Under the pieces are notes generated by a model. It was not told where the DNA came from and made no database searches. It was given only the letters and a program-made list of their open reading frames with translations. A stretch of 64,000 nt of DNA, from the IMG/VR virus record IMGVR_UViG_2568526245_000002; one strand, written 5' to 3'. Below are positions 63,497 to 64,000 of this stretch, piece after piece; the first letter of the stretch is position 1; each line of letters begins with the position of its first letter. The translations under genes were made by a program, and so were the position numbers. This DNA comes from a virus.

Positions 63497-64000
63497 GGCT
63501 CGATCAGATGGGCGCCCTGGTTTCGGACGTTCCCCACGTCTCGGCTGACCGCGTACCACCGGAACGACTCGCTCGGCTCACCCTGGTGGAGCACGATCTG
63601 CTCCGCGCGTTCCGGCGGCGTCGCAGGGTCAAGCCACTCGCGTGCCAGTTCGGGTGACAGCACAACAGGACGCCGATCATGGATGTCGACCATGCCGCCC
63701 TCGGCGTCCGCGGTAATGATCACGAACCCATGGTGATCTGCCGGTTCGTCATCGAGGCCAGGAAACTGGCCGATGGCCGCGCATAGGATCGGACTCCCGT
63801 CCCGGTGTTGGATATGGAACGGTTGCTTCCGCGCCTCGCCTCCATCGACCCACTCGAACCAGCCCGAGATCGGCGTCAGCGCGCGATGGCGCCACGCGGT
63901 GCTGAAGAAGCGTCCATGCGCCACCTTTTCGACTCGAGCGTTTATCGGCGCCGCGCGATCACGGGCCCAGAACGGCCTCCATCCCCATCTGATCGCCTGG
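63478..64000 (-). CDS. SOS response-associated peptidase (SRAP/YedK), 5' end outside window
   Basis: RWG...PINARVE...GWFEW...PF.I...IHDRRPVVL...VGNVRNQG; frame open to the window edge. Confidence 0.92.
   Translation of the reverse strand, partial: QAIRWGWRPFWARDRAAPINARVEKVAHGRFFSTAWRHRALTPISGWFEWVDGGEARKQPFHIQHRDGSPILCAAIGQFPGLDDEPADHHGFVIITADAEGGMVDIHDRRPVVLSPELAREWLDPATPPERAEQIVLHQGEPSESFRWYAVSRDVGNVRNQGAHLIEPQRSAS

Larger units (their letters stand above)
1..64000. mobile_element. Temperate prophage, F116/H66 (Hollowayvirus)-like podovirus, nearly complete; both ends lie outside the window
   Basis: Integrase, cI/cro switch, replication, terminase, P22-like portal, N4-gp56-like capsid, no tape-measure/tail-tube block, giant polyvalent protein and lysis cassette in contiguous order; GC-rich Pseudomonas-like codon usage. 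Confidence 0.93.

Noticed and set aside
1-64000. tRNA/rRNA genes, IS elements and att sites
   Set aside because: None recognised; both prophage ends lie outside the window

Overview
The whole 64-kb window is one temperate phage genome, almost certainly an integrated Pseudomonas prophage. It has podovirus-type architecture resembling F116/H66 (Hollowayvirus); this is recognised from gene families and order, not from a search. It starts inside a tyrosine integrase (5' end off-window) and ends inside an SRAP gene, so no att site or host gene is visible. Order: (1) int and convergent alpA/xis. (2) A leftward early operon (~1.2-18.9 kb) of translationally coupled genes: accessory ORFs, a PD-(D/E)XK nuclease, DUF1643, an ASCH-like protein, a DNA-modification block (Mom-like GNAT, C5-MTase, DndC/PAPS-reductase-like, 5'-truncated dam), a LexA-like HTH, RdgC-FtsK-gamma, SSB, a DEDDh exonuclease, a Rad52-like annealase, small membrane peptides and a CsrA/RsmA fusion. 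(3) Immunity region: pL/OL, a LexA-box-controlled DUF1654 gene, cI, OR/pR, cro. (4) Replication genes with an iteron origin, NinB-like, NinG and a wHTH regulator. (5) Late genes: terS, terL, portal, scaffold, capsid, RyR-domain protein, tail/structural genes, an AT-rich antisense moron, an ejection protein and a 3851-aa polyvalent protein. (6) Holin, SAR endolysin, Rz/Rz1, then a fibre-like gene, a DUF4124 gene and SRAP. Best leads: (a) a possible phage-encoded CsrA/Rsm layer, made of a CsrA fused to a domain that also exists as a tandem stand-alone paralog, a second CsrA-fold ORF in the late operon, and three identical GGAG-loop hairpins in late-gene leaders; (b) an exported moron ending in KPWEEY, the motif repeated at the N-terminus of the giant ejection protein, suggesting exclusion by mimicry; (c) a 4-copy late-promoter motif with no Q gene; (d) an SOS-controlled DUF1654 gene; (e) a multi-enzyme DNA modification cassette. 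All family assignments come from motif recognition by eye. No database search was run.
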